A stretch of DNA of 64,000 nt, from positions 4,030,001 through 4,094,000 of the forward strand of contig OZ251225.1 of assembly GCA_965240325.2 (NCBI GenBank). The letters run 5' to 3'. Positions 54,292 to 64,000 of the stretch are shown one piece after another. This DNA is from Rebecca billardiae RCC1528. Lineage: Eukaryota; Protista; Haptophyta. Both the position numbers and the translations under genes were made by a program. Position 1 is the stretch's first letter. The number at the start of each line of letters is the position of its first letter. The notes beneath the pieces were generated by a model. The model made no database searches. It was not told the DNA's origin and worked only from the letters and a program-made list of their open reading frames with translations.

Positions 54292-56699
54292 TCACGCGCG
54301 CGGGCCGCCTGCCACTGCTGCTCCGTCGGCGCCCCGCCCCTCGTCGTCCGCAAGGTCGCCGCTCTCGAGGCCGTGCGCGGCCGCCCACAGCGTGTGCACC
54401 CAGTCGGCCGCCGCGCCCACGCCCTCCGCGCCGAGCGGCACGCACAGCTGGCCGCCGTGCGCCGTTGCGAGCAGCAGCTCAAACTCGCACAGCCCGCGCG
54501 CGCCCGACGAGACGTTGCGGATGTCGCGCAGCAACCGCAGGTCGAGCGAGAGCTCGCCGAGCGCGAGCGCCGCCGCGGCGCGCGCGCGCGGCGCGCCCGG
54601 CGGCGGCGGCGGCGGGTGCGCGCAGCTGAGCACGGGCACGCCGCAGCTCAGCGCCAGCGTGCAGCGGCAGGGCGCGTACGCGCGCGCCCACACCGCGCGC
54701 GCGGCGCCGTCGCCGCCCTCCGTCGCGAGCGCCGGCGCGCGCCACAGCCAGCCGCTCGCGCGCACGCCGTCGGGCAGCGCCGGCGGCGGCGGGTGCGCGC
54801 GCGCGCGGTGCTGGCTGTGCGCGCGCGCGCGCGGCGAGGGCGGCGAGCCCGAGGTGGCGGAGGGCGCGGAGGCGGAGGGCGCGGAGGCGGAGGGTGCGGA
54901 GGACGAGGCGGAGGCGGAGGGCGAGGGCGGCTCCGCGGTCAGCGGCGGCGAGCCGCCCGAGCGGCACGCCGCGGGCGAGTCGGCGGCGGGCGGGGCGACG
55001 AGGACGGGCGCGGGCCGCGGCGTCTCGTCCGGCACCGCGCCGTCTGCGAGCCGCACGTGTCGCCCCTGCCCCCGCCCCTGCGCGTGCGCCCGCGGCTGCA
55101 CGCACACGCACAGCGCGGCCGCGCGCGCGGCGCACCCGTCAGCAGCAGCAGCGCACCCCGCCTTGCGCGCACCGCGGCGGCGCGCGGCGCCGATCAGCGC
55201 GCCGAGCGCGGCCGCGGCGCACAGCACGGCCAGCGCGAGCCACAGCCACCACCAGCGCCACGCCGGCTGCGGGCCGTGCTGCCGCGCCAGAGGCGGCTGC
55301 GGCTCGGCCGGCGGCGCGGCCGACGGCAGCAGCGGCGCGGCCGCGCCCGCCGCGGCGCCGAGCGCGGCGCGGCTGACGACGAGCAGGTAGGCGCACGCCG
55401 CGTCGCGGTCCGCCGAGACCACCTCGACGCGCACGCGGTTCGCCACGCCGGCGCCGAGCTGCCACGCGCACTCGAGCGACGCGCCCGCGGCCGCGGCCGC
55501 GCGCGTGCGCGGCGGCGCGCACGCGCACGCGCCCGCCGCGCCGCCCGCGGGCGGCAGCACGCTCACGCGCGCGCCCGGCGCGGGCGGCGCGAGCAGCAGC
55601 GTGGCCGCGCTCACGTTCGCGCCGACGCGCGCCTCGAGCGTGCGCACGCCGCCGCCGCCGTCCTCCGCCGCCGCCACGAAGGCCGCGCGCCCCTCGCCGC
55701 CGCCGCGCGCGTGCGCGTGCGCGGGCGGCGGCAGCAGCAGCGCGGGCGCGGGCAGCTCGCACGAGCCGCGCCGCTCGCCGCCCAGCCCGACGAGCGTGTA
55801 CTCCTCCTCCTCGCGCGGCTGCGCCGCGGTGGCGCTCTGCCGCGTCACCGCGACGAGCACCGTCGCGCGCGCCGCGGGCGGCGGCAGCTCGAGCACCGCG
55901 CACAGCCGGCGGCGGCACGACACGTGCGCGCCGCCGCCGAGGCGGAGCGCGGGCGCGCGGCCGAGCGACACCCACGCGCCCGGCGGCGGCGCGCTCGCGT
56001 TGGGCGAGGGCGCGGCGGGGAGCACGCGCGCGCGCACGCGCGTGCCGGACGCGCGCGCGCGCGCGCCGAGCGCGAGGCGCAGCCCGCCCTCCGCGCCGCC
56101 GTCCGGCAGCGGCAGCGCGAGCGCGCGCGCGCCGCCCTCGCAGCACGGCGGCGAGAGCGGCAGCGCCGCGCCCGCCCCGTCCCACACGTCCAGCGAGGCG
56201 AGCAGCGGCGGCGGCGGCGGGCGCGGCGGGGGCGGGGGCGAGGGCGGGAACGGCCCGAGCCGCGGCGCGCCCACGCGCACGTCGAGCTCGCCGCCGTCGG
56301 GCGCGAGCGCGAGCGTGTGCGCGCCCGGCCCGTCCGCGCGCGCCGTGCCGATCAGCTGTGCGCGCGCAAAGTCCGAGTCGAGCACGTCGAAGCGGACGGG
56401 CGGCTGGCCGCGCAGGACGCAGCACGTGCCCCACGACGGCGCGGCCGCGTTCGGCGCGACGCCCGTCTCGCACAGGCCCGCGCCGCGCAGCGGCGCGCCC
56501 GTGGTCGGCTCGAGCAGCGTCGCGCGCACGAGCGCGTCGTTCAGGTCGGCGGCGGCGCCGCCGTCGCGCTCGGGCAGGCCGCGCGCGCGGAGGATGCACA
56601 CCTGCGCGCCGCGCGGGGGGGGAGGGGCGAGGGCGCTCAGGCCGTGCTCGCGCGCGCGCACGCGCGGGCGCGGGCGCGCGCGCGCACCCGCGTGGACAT
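54292..56699 (-). CDS. C2-domain single-pass membrane protein
   Basis: ATG TCC ACG CGG|gt...cag|VCILRARGL...NDALV...APSWG...FDVLDSD...LIG (C2-like), beta-sandwich region, TM segment WWWLWLALAVLCAAAALGALIG, and a possible PH-like C-terminus. Confidence 0.55.
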
Positions 56700-56778
56700 G
56701 GCGGCGCCGCTCGCGGCCGCCCAGCTCCCCTTTGGCTTTGGGCGCGCGGACGAAACTCTGATCGACTTGGGCCAACCC

Positions 56779-57468
56779 ATGCTGCTCGCCGAGCACGCGC
56801 CGGCGCTCGCCGCGCTGCGCCTCGTGCTCGCGTCGGGCTCGCCGCGGCGCTCGGAGCTGCTGCGCGAGCAGCTCGGCCTCGCGCACTTCGAGGTGCTCCC
56901 CTCGCGCTTCGCCGAGGACCTCGACAAGGCCGCCTTCGCCACGCCCGCCGAGTACTGCGCCGAGACGGCGCGGCGCAAGGGCGACGAGGTGCTGCGCCGC
57001 TGCTGCTGCGCGGAGGCGGCGGCGGGGGCCGAGCGCCGCGCGCAGCTCGTGATCAGCGCGGACACGGTCGTCTGCCTCGACGGCGCCGCGCTCGAGAAGC
57101 CGCGCGACGCGGCCGACGCCGCGGCGACGCTGCGGCGGCTCTCGGGGCGGCCGCACGAGGTCGTGACCGCGGTCGCGCTCGCGCTGCTGCCCGCGGGCGA
57201 GCGCGAGCCCGGCGCCGCGCGCACGCGCGCGTTCCGCGAGACGACGCGCGTGCGCTTCGCCGAGCTGAGCGACGCCGCGATCGACGCGTACGTCGCGTGC
57301 GGCGAGCCGATGGACAAGGCGGGCAGCTACGGCATCCAGGGGCGCGGCGCGCCGCTCGTGGCCGCGCTCGACGGCTGCTACTTCAACGTGGTCGGGCTGC
57401 CGCTGCACCGGCTCAGCGTCGAGCTCGGCGCGCTGCTCGCCGAGGCGCGCGCGGCGGGTGGCTCGTGA
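56779..57468 (+). CDS. maf: Maf-family dTTP/UTP pyrophosphatase
   Basis: LVLASGSPRR, FAEDL, ISADTVV, LEKP, LSGRPH, EPMDKAGSYGIQG and YFNVVGLP. Alternative ATG at 56698. Confidence 0.93.
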   Translation: MLLAEHAPALAALRLVLASGSPRRSELLREQLGLAHFEVLPSRFAEDLDKAAFATPAEYCAETARRKGDEVLRRCCCAEAAAGAERRAQLVISADTVVCLDGAALEKPRDAADAAATLRRLSGRPHEVVTAVALALLPAGEREPGAARTRAFRETTRVRFAELSDAAIDAYVACGEPMDKAGSYGIQGRGAPLVAALDGCYFNVVGLPLHRLSVELGALLAEARAAGGS

Positions 57469-57623
57469 CGCTGCTCGCTTGCCAGTGGCAGGCCGTGGTT
57501 CGACGATCTGATCTGACGACGAGTCGTATATGGGAGTATGGCGTAACGGGCCGTTATCTAGCTGCTGATGATAGCTATGATAGAGGAGAATCCCGGCGGT
57601 CAAACGGCGCCCAGCACGCCCGC

Positions 57624-59384
57624 ATGGACGCGCGGCTGCCGTGCGCGCGCGCCTCCCCGGCGCGGCGGCTGCGCACGGGGCGCGGCGGCGTCGCGATCGG
57701 CGACGCGGCGCAGCGCGGCGTCACGCTCGACCAGCTCGCCGCCGCGTGCGCCGAGGGCGAGCGCGTCGCGCCCGGCGCGAGCGCGCGCGGCGCGGCGGCG
57801 GCGCTGCTCGGCGGCGCGCGCGGCCGCTCGCTCGCCGAGCTGCTCGCCGACGGGCCGCAGCCGGCGGGCTGGGTGGTGCTCGTCGCGGACGACGCGCTGC
57901 CCCTGGCCGAGCTGCACGCCTGCCTCGCGCAGCACGCCGCCGAGCGCGACCTCCGCGCCGCCGAGGCCGTGTACTGGGTGGCGGCGCTCGCGCTGCGCGC
58001 CGGCGCCGAGGCGGCGAGCGCCGACGCGCCGTCGACGGCGGCGCTGCGCGGCGCGCGCGGCGCGGTCTGCGTCGTCGACGCGCGCGCCGAGGTCTGGCGC
58101 CGCGCGCGGCCCGCCGCGCAGCTCGGCGTCGCGCTGCGCACCGCCGGTCTCGCGGTGGACGCGGTGAGCGCGCGCGCCGACCCGCCGCCGCCGGCGGCAG
58201 CGGCGGCGGAGGAGGAGGACGCTCTGCGCGGCGCGCCGTGCTGCCTGCTCGACCTGCCGCCCGGCGCGGGCTTCGGCCACGACGGCGCGCGCGCGTTCGG
58301 CGCGCTCGAGCGGAGCGCGCGCGAGGCGCGCTTCCCGCGCGCCGCGCTGGGCGCGCTGCTGCGCGCGGACGTGGCGGGCGGCGCGCGCGCCGAGGGCGGC
58401 GAGGCCGCGCTGCTCGCCTGGCTCGGCGGCGCGGACGAGCTCGGCCTCGCGCCCACGCGCGCGCGCGCGCTCGACGCCGCGCTGCGCGCCTTCGGCGCGT
58501 GCCGGCTCCTCTCGAGCGGCCGGCCGCCGCGGTGGCGCTGCCGCGGCGCCGCGGTGCGCGCCGCCGCGGCCGCGCTGCCGCGCTCCGGGCTGCGCGCCGT
58601 GCAGCTGAGCGGCGTGGCGCTGGGCGAGGCGCAGGCGCTCGGCCCGCGCGCGGCCGCGCGGCTGGTACGCGCGCTCCCCGCGTGCGCCGAGCGCGCGCGG
58701 CTGCTCGGGCTCGGCGAGCGCGCCGCGCACGAGCTCGGGCGCGCGCTGCGCGGGCCGCGGCTGCGCGCGCTGCGCTCGCTCGACCTGCGCGCCAACCGCA
58801 TCGGGCCGGCGGGCGCGCGCGCGCTAGCGGAGGGCGTGCGCGAGAGCGCCGCGCTCGCCGCGCTCGAGCTGGGCGACAACGCCGTCGGCAACGCCGGCGC
58901 GCGCGCGCTCGGCGAGGCGCTGGTGGGCGGCGGCGCGCCGGCGCTGCGCGCGCTCGGCCTCGGCCTCAACCGCGTGGGCGACGCTGGCGCGCACCACCTC
59001 GCGCGCGCGCTGCGCACGGGCACGGCGCTCGCCGCGCTCTCGCTCAGGGGCAACTACGTCGGCGCGCGCGGCGCGCGCGCGCTCGCCGCGGCGCTGCGCT
59101 CGGGCGGCAGCGGCGGGCTCCGGCTGCTCGACCTGGCGGGCAACTTTGCGCCGCCGCGCGCGCAGGCGGCGCTCGCGCGGGCGGCGGCCGCGCGCGGCCC
59201 GGCGGATGCCGTCGAGCTGCGGCTGCAGGACAATGACGACGACGGCGACGTGGAGGAGGAGGAGGAGGAGGGGGCCGAGGAGGCGGCCGTCGAGGGCGGC
59301 GAGGCCGCGCTGCGCGCGACGGGGGAGCTGCCCAGCCGAGTCGGACTATTCAGACGGGCCAGCACCGCGCGGCCGTTCGCGTGA
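57624..59384 (+). CDS. Ribonuclease-inhibitor-type leucine-rich repeat protein
   Basis: Repeated LxxLxLxxNxIGxxGAxALA units in the C-terminal half and an acidic tail. Confidence 0.75.
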   Translation: MDARLPCARASPARRLRTGRGGVAIGDAAQRGVTLDQLAAACAEGERVAPGASARGAAAALLGGARGRSLAELLADGPQPAGWVVLVADDALPLAELHACLAQHAAERDLRAAEAVYWVAALALRAGAEAASADAPSTAALRGARGAVCVVDARAEVWRRARPAAQLGVALRTAGLAVDAVSARADPPPPAAAAAEEEDALRGAPCCLLDLPPGAGFGHDGARAFGALERSAREARFPRAALGALLRADVAGGARAEGGEAALLAWLGGADELGLAPTRARALDAALRAFGACRLLSSGRPPRWRCRGAAVRAAAAALPRSGLRAVQLSGVALGEAQALGPRAAARLVRALPACAERARLLGLGERAAHELGRALRGPRLRALRSLDLRANRIGPAGARALAEGVRESAALAALELGDNAVGNAGARALGEALVGGGAPALRALGLGLNRVGDAGAHHLARALRTGTALAALSLRGNYVGARGARALAAALRSGGSGGLRLLDLAGNFAPPRAQAALARAAAARGPADAVELRLQDNDDDGDVEEEEEEGAEEAAVEGGEAALRATGELPSRVGLFRRASTARPFA

Positions 59385-60992
59385 GGCCTCAGCTGACGGC
59401 GAGGCGGCGTCCGCTCTGACAAGCGGCGTGGCTGACCATCGAGGGGGTCAGCTCGGTCAGTCGGAACAAGTCACTAGAGGCCGATCGACCCGGCGCCTCA
59501 ACTCGCTTTGGCGCACTGATGATTTGCGCATGCGCAGCGCGGCGCTAGCGGGCGGGCGGCTCTCTGGCGGTGGTTAGGCGGTGCGACCGCGCTGCGGTGC
59601 GCGTGAGGCCTCGGCTCGCTGCGAGGCGGCATCCGCTCTGACAAGCGGCGTGGCTGGCCGTCGGAGGACTCGGCTCGGTAGGTTGGAATGATGCTGCTTT
59701 TGCGCGAGGCGGATCCAGCCATAGCTCGTCATCTGCCCCCCGCCCGAGCGCACCACTACCGATATTTGAAGCGCGGCGCGCGCCAGCTATGCAGTGCCAC
59801 GACCGTCCGCTGCAGCGCCGCCCCGTGGTGAAAGCTGACCCCGCCCCGGCCCCCCATCTTACTCTTCGTCCAAATTGCACCTGCTTGTGCGCGTAGTGAG
59901 CGGCAACCGTGTGCCGCTCGCCCAGCGCGCGCAAGCTGGATGGCGATCGCCGACCGACGACTGGTGGTTGTCCCCACGCTGCCTCTCATATGCCAAGCAC
60001 GCAGCCGGCGGCAGGGCACGCGCGGCGGATATGCGGTGGAGGGCGCTTGGCCGGGTGCGCACGAGAAGGGTGGCATATACGCGCGCGTCTGACGCGCGAC
60101 AGCCTGCATGGTGCAGGCTTCTCGCCGACTCGCGCCGCGCACGCCGGCAGCACGCGAGCTTGGCGACAATCGGCTGGCCGCTAGCCATCACACGCTGCGG
60201 GGCTGCACAGTGCACCCGCGCCGGGGGCGGCGAGCGTGCACTGAGAGGGGCCGAAGCGCACGCGCGCTGCCCGCACCACACGCGCCTGCCGACCCGTCCT
60301 GAAGCCCACCTCTGCGCCCGGGTGCGCCGCCACGTGCGGTGCAACGCAGGCGTGGGATCGGAACCATCGCCGCACGCGCCAGCGGTGATGATGGCACCAG
60401 CTGACGGCCGCCGGCCAGGCCACGTGCTCTGTCGGGGCCGGCGCGGCGGCGAGTAGAGACGAGGCTTGCCAGGCGCCGGCGGAGAGGCTGACGAGGTCTG
60501 CCACGGCGCCATCGCACACGGACTGCTCTGAGCCAGAGGGCTGCAGCTGCATCATAGCAACGCTGTCAGGGCTTGATGGCAAGTAGTCAGCACAGTGAGC
60601 ACCTCAGACTCTTCCGCTGCAGCAAGGGGGGCGCAGAAGCTCGCGGGCGCTTGGGGCGTCCGCCCAGCGTGCGTCCCGAAGCAAACTACGGCTAGGGGGT
60701 CCAAGCCAGCAGCCTACGGATTTATGATTTTCGACAACCATGCTATGTAGGTGTCTGACGAGCGTGGCACTTGCTGAGGCACCCTCTAATATGACCCACA
60801 GCCCAGCCAAGCCGTCAGAAGCACTTCGCCCACTGTAGATGTGCACCGCGGAGCCACCGCGGCTGCGTGCGGGCTCCGACAGGCTCAGTCTGAGGGGCGG
60901 CGCGGGCACGGGTCAGCACACGCCGTGACGCGGCGCGCGCGTGAGCAGCGCAGCAGCGAGCCTACGCCGCGCGGCAGATCAGCAGCGCCTCC

Positions 60993-63900
60993 TCACGCGC
61001 TCTGCACAGCCGACGCCACCAGCTCGACGAGGAATGCCGGCCCCTTGTAGGTCTCACCGTTGTTGAAGTGCACGGAGGCGATCTCCTGCCGCACGTCGAT
61101 GGAGTCGACCGAGCCGTAGAACCAGCGGTAGCCGGTCGGGTGCTCGTCGGTGATCGGAGGTGCGCCCTCCTTGAACGCCATGCGCACGAGGTCGGTCACG
61201 GCGAGCGGCCGAGATGGCGGCCGCGCCTTGAGCACCTCGTCCGTCGCGCGCGAGAACGTGCGCGCCGCCGGCTCGCCGTCGAGCTGCACAGACACGGTCG
61301 TGCCCGCTGCCGCGCCGACCGTGCCTGTCTCCCAGTCCTCGGCCCCGTCGCGCCGGACGAAGACGCGGTCGCCGTCGACGAGGGGCGCCTCCTCGGCCGC
61401 GCTGCTGGCAGCCAGCATCGCCAGCACGAGCGCGACCTCCTCCGGCGCCACGGCGTCTGCGCGCGCGACCTCGTCGTCGATCTCCGGGTGGATGGCGGGC
61501 GCGCCCGTGTCATCCGTGCCGAGCAGGTCGTCGTGTGAGACGAACGAGTCGGCCTCCTCGCCCCAGCCCAGCCACCGACAGCCGTACAAGCGCTCGAGGC
61601 CGTGCGTGATCGCGCCAGTGACGCACTGGACCTCGTAGTGCGTCCCACCGCGCTTCCCGCCCGCGGGACTCCGCCTCCGCTTGGCAGCCGGCTGGGCCTG
61701 AGCAGCGGAGGCGGCCGTCGCGTCGCCTGCCGACTCGCCGCGCGCCTTCTTGGCCGCCGCCGCCTTGATCGCCGCCGCGCTCACCTTGAGCTTGTAGTGC
61801 CGGACGAGCGCATCGAGGCGCAGCTTCTTCGACGTCATCGCACTGATGCGCCAATCGGCCTTGCCGTCGCACTTCTTCACGCACAGCACCTGCTCGTACA
61901 GCTCCTTCAGCGTCATCCCCTCGAGCTCGCGCCAGGTGCGCACGCGCTTGCGCTCGAGCTCCTCCTTCAGCTCGGCGTCCAACGCCTTCTTCTCCGCGAG
62001 GCACTGCTGGAGCCGCTCGAAGTCGTCCTTGGCGACGTGGCCGGACTTGAGCTTCTGCGCGCGCACGCTGCCGTCAAAAGCAGCGCGGGCTTGCACGAGC
62101 TTGCGAATCGCCTTCGCCATCTCGTACTTCTGCTCGAGAGTCCACGTGCTCCACGTGTCCCGCCAGAACGTGCCCGTGTCGTTCAGCTTGAACATCACCA
62201 TGGCGCAGGTGGAGAAGTCGTTACGCGTGACGGCGGCGTCGATGTAGGACTTGAGGTGCGAGAACGACCGCTCGACCGCCACGTTGCGCGTCGCCACGTT
62301 GGCGCGCTTCTCCTCCTGCCACTCGGCGAGGTTGAGGTTCTTGCCGCCGCACTTCTCCCAATGCGCGCGGTCGGGATCGTCCGGGTCGTCGCTGTGCGGC
62401 GCGGTCATCGTCTCGGCGTGGTGGCGATGGTAGGCGCGCGCGCCGGCGCCGAAGAGGCGCGCAAAGAGCGCCACCGCCTCGTCACTCACGAACCACTTGC
62501 CGGTCATGCTGTCCTGCGAGCAGATCATGAGCTGGATGAGGCGCGCCCGAGGATCGACGCGCTGGTCGGGGAAGATGCGCTCCGCGCCGGTGAGGAAGGG
62601 GCGCGGGTCGACGCGCCACCGGTTGAGGCAGTCGTAGACGCGCTGCGTGATGCTCGCCAGCTCGCGCAGGTGCCCGACGGTCGTGTACGCGTGCATGACC
62701 GGCAGGTAGATGTTCAGGTAGCACACGGCGAGCGCGCAGAGGCACTTGTAGACGGTGTCGCTCTCGAGCATCATGATCAGGTAGTCGCGCGTCTTGCCGC
62801 CCTCGTCGCCCTGCTTCGCCTGCATGTACCGGAGGAACTCGAGGATGCGGTCGCGCCAGAGCACGATCGCGATCGCGTTCTTCTGCTCTCGGCGCACGGC
62901 CGCGCAGCGCGCGGGCGCGGGCGGGGAAGAACGTGAGTGCATGAGCGCGCGTCGCGTGCGCGCGCGCAGCGCGCGAGGTTGCGAGCGCGCGCTCGCGGCG
63001 AGCAAGCGCGCGCTCGGTGCGCGCGCGCGCGCGCGCGTGGGATGCGCGGTGCGCGCACCCAGAACACGCCGTTGCGGGAGCCGTGGATGGCGCTGAAGTC
63101 CTTCATGATCCACTGCTCGTGCTCGCTGAGCTTGCCATTCGCGAGCACCCACTCGATGAACTCGTCGCCCTTGGCCCACGCCTTCTCCGAGAAGGGCGAG
63201 AGGTACACGCACAGCCGGTAGATGAAGTGCCAGATCGGCGAGTCGAAGAGCCAGACGCCCGTGCGGAACTTCTTCGCGTCGGGCGTCTTCACCTTCGTGC
63301 CGCTCTGCAGCGCCGCCGCCTCAGCCAGGAAGGCCGGGCCGAGCGTCTCGGTTGCAAACGCCATCAGCTCCTTGCCCATCGCGTCGAACGTGTTGACGAG
63401 CGCGTGCTCCATGCAGTTGCTCCACATCGTCGTCAGCAGGATGGTGAGCGCGAGGACGCACGTGCCGCGCAGAAGAAATCGGCCGAGTGCGCGGAGGCGC
63501 GGATGGGCGGACCAGTCCGCCCGATCGCGCGCCGCCTCCTCCTCGGGTGTGGATGGCGCGGCCGGCGGCGCGCCGCGGCTGTCGCCTCCGCCACCTCCGC
63601 GGCCGCGGTCATCATCGCCGTCGCTGCCGCCGTCGCTGCCGCCGCTGGCAGCTGGCTCGCCGCGGAGCGTGGCGGCGACGACGAGCAGCGGCGCGCGCGC
63701 GCTCGAGCGCAGAGCCGCGTCGACGCCCGCGCCCAGCAGCTGCGGCAGGCAGGGGAAGTCCGTCCGGTACTTCTCGCGCTCCTCGTCGAGCGTGTGCGCG
63801 TCATCCGACTCGGCGGCGGCGAGCGCGCACCGGCTGCTGTAGCGCGTCGGCACGGCGGTCTCGCCCGAGTCGATCTCCTCGAGCAGCGCGGCGAGCGACT

Positions 63901-64000
63901 CCTCGGCGAAGGTCGGGCGCTCCTCGAGCAGCTGGTCCATCGCGAACGACAGCTTCTCGCGCAGCTCGTGCTCCTTCAGGTACTCCTCGATGCGCGCGTT
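60993..64000 (-). CDS. DDE (hAT-like) transposase-related protein with C-terminal chromodomain and Tudor-like domains; 5' end outside the window
   Basis: The reading frame is open to the window edge. Intron 63058-62883 gives GVFW|KNAIAIV. Motifs NCMEH (CxxH) and ATRNVAVERSFS. YEVQCV...YGCRWLGWGEEADSF is chromo-like, followed by two GDRV/WFYGSV beta-barrel modules. Confidence 0.65.

Noticed and set aside
59379-59663. ~65-bp imperfect direct duplication after the LRR stop codon
   Set aside because: Real, but with no element hallmarks; probably a local duplication.
60602-60895. 9-bp inverted repeat cctcagact...agtctgagg as a MITE
   Set aside because: Too short and no TSD.
1-64000. tRNA/rRNA genes
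   Set aside because: None recognised by eye; a tRNAscan-SE/Infernal run would be needed to exclude them.

Overview
Very GC-rich eukaryotic nuclear DNA with spliceosomal (GC)n-rich introns, two fucoxanthin-chlorophyll a/c antenna genes and an OFD1-like ciliary gene. This points to a flagellated alga with a secondary red plastid, most likely a haptophyte (Pavlovales/Diacronema-like is an inference). About 13 host genes are present, several in tight head-to-head pairs: methyltransferase, SDR, OFD1-like, SAC1-like, ZNFX1-like helicase, PhyH dioxygenase, two LHCs, RPS21, NUMOD3 protein, C2-domain membrane protein, Maf and LRR. There are two non-autonomous DNA transposons in the first 3.7 kb, and a DDE-transposase-like gene with chromo and Tudor-like domains is cut off by the right edge. 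The centrepiece is an apparently complete ~16-kb endogenous Polinton-like virus (36467-52501). It has TIRs, protein-primed PolB, double-jelly-roll MCP, penton, A32 ATPase, Tlr6F, lipase, a LamG fibre-like protein and a GIY-YIG-like protein, but no recognisable integrase and no TSD. It sits inside a split-direct-repeat shell A1-X-B1-A2-[virus]-B2 (A=304 bp, B=194 bp; 34789-53406). That shell has the geometry of Ngaro/PAT/TOC1 tyrosine-recombinase retroelements and is inserted in a (TA)n tract. All calls come from reading the sequence and recognising motifs; no database searches were run.
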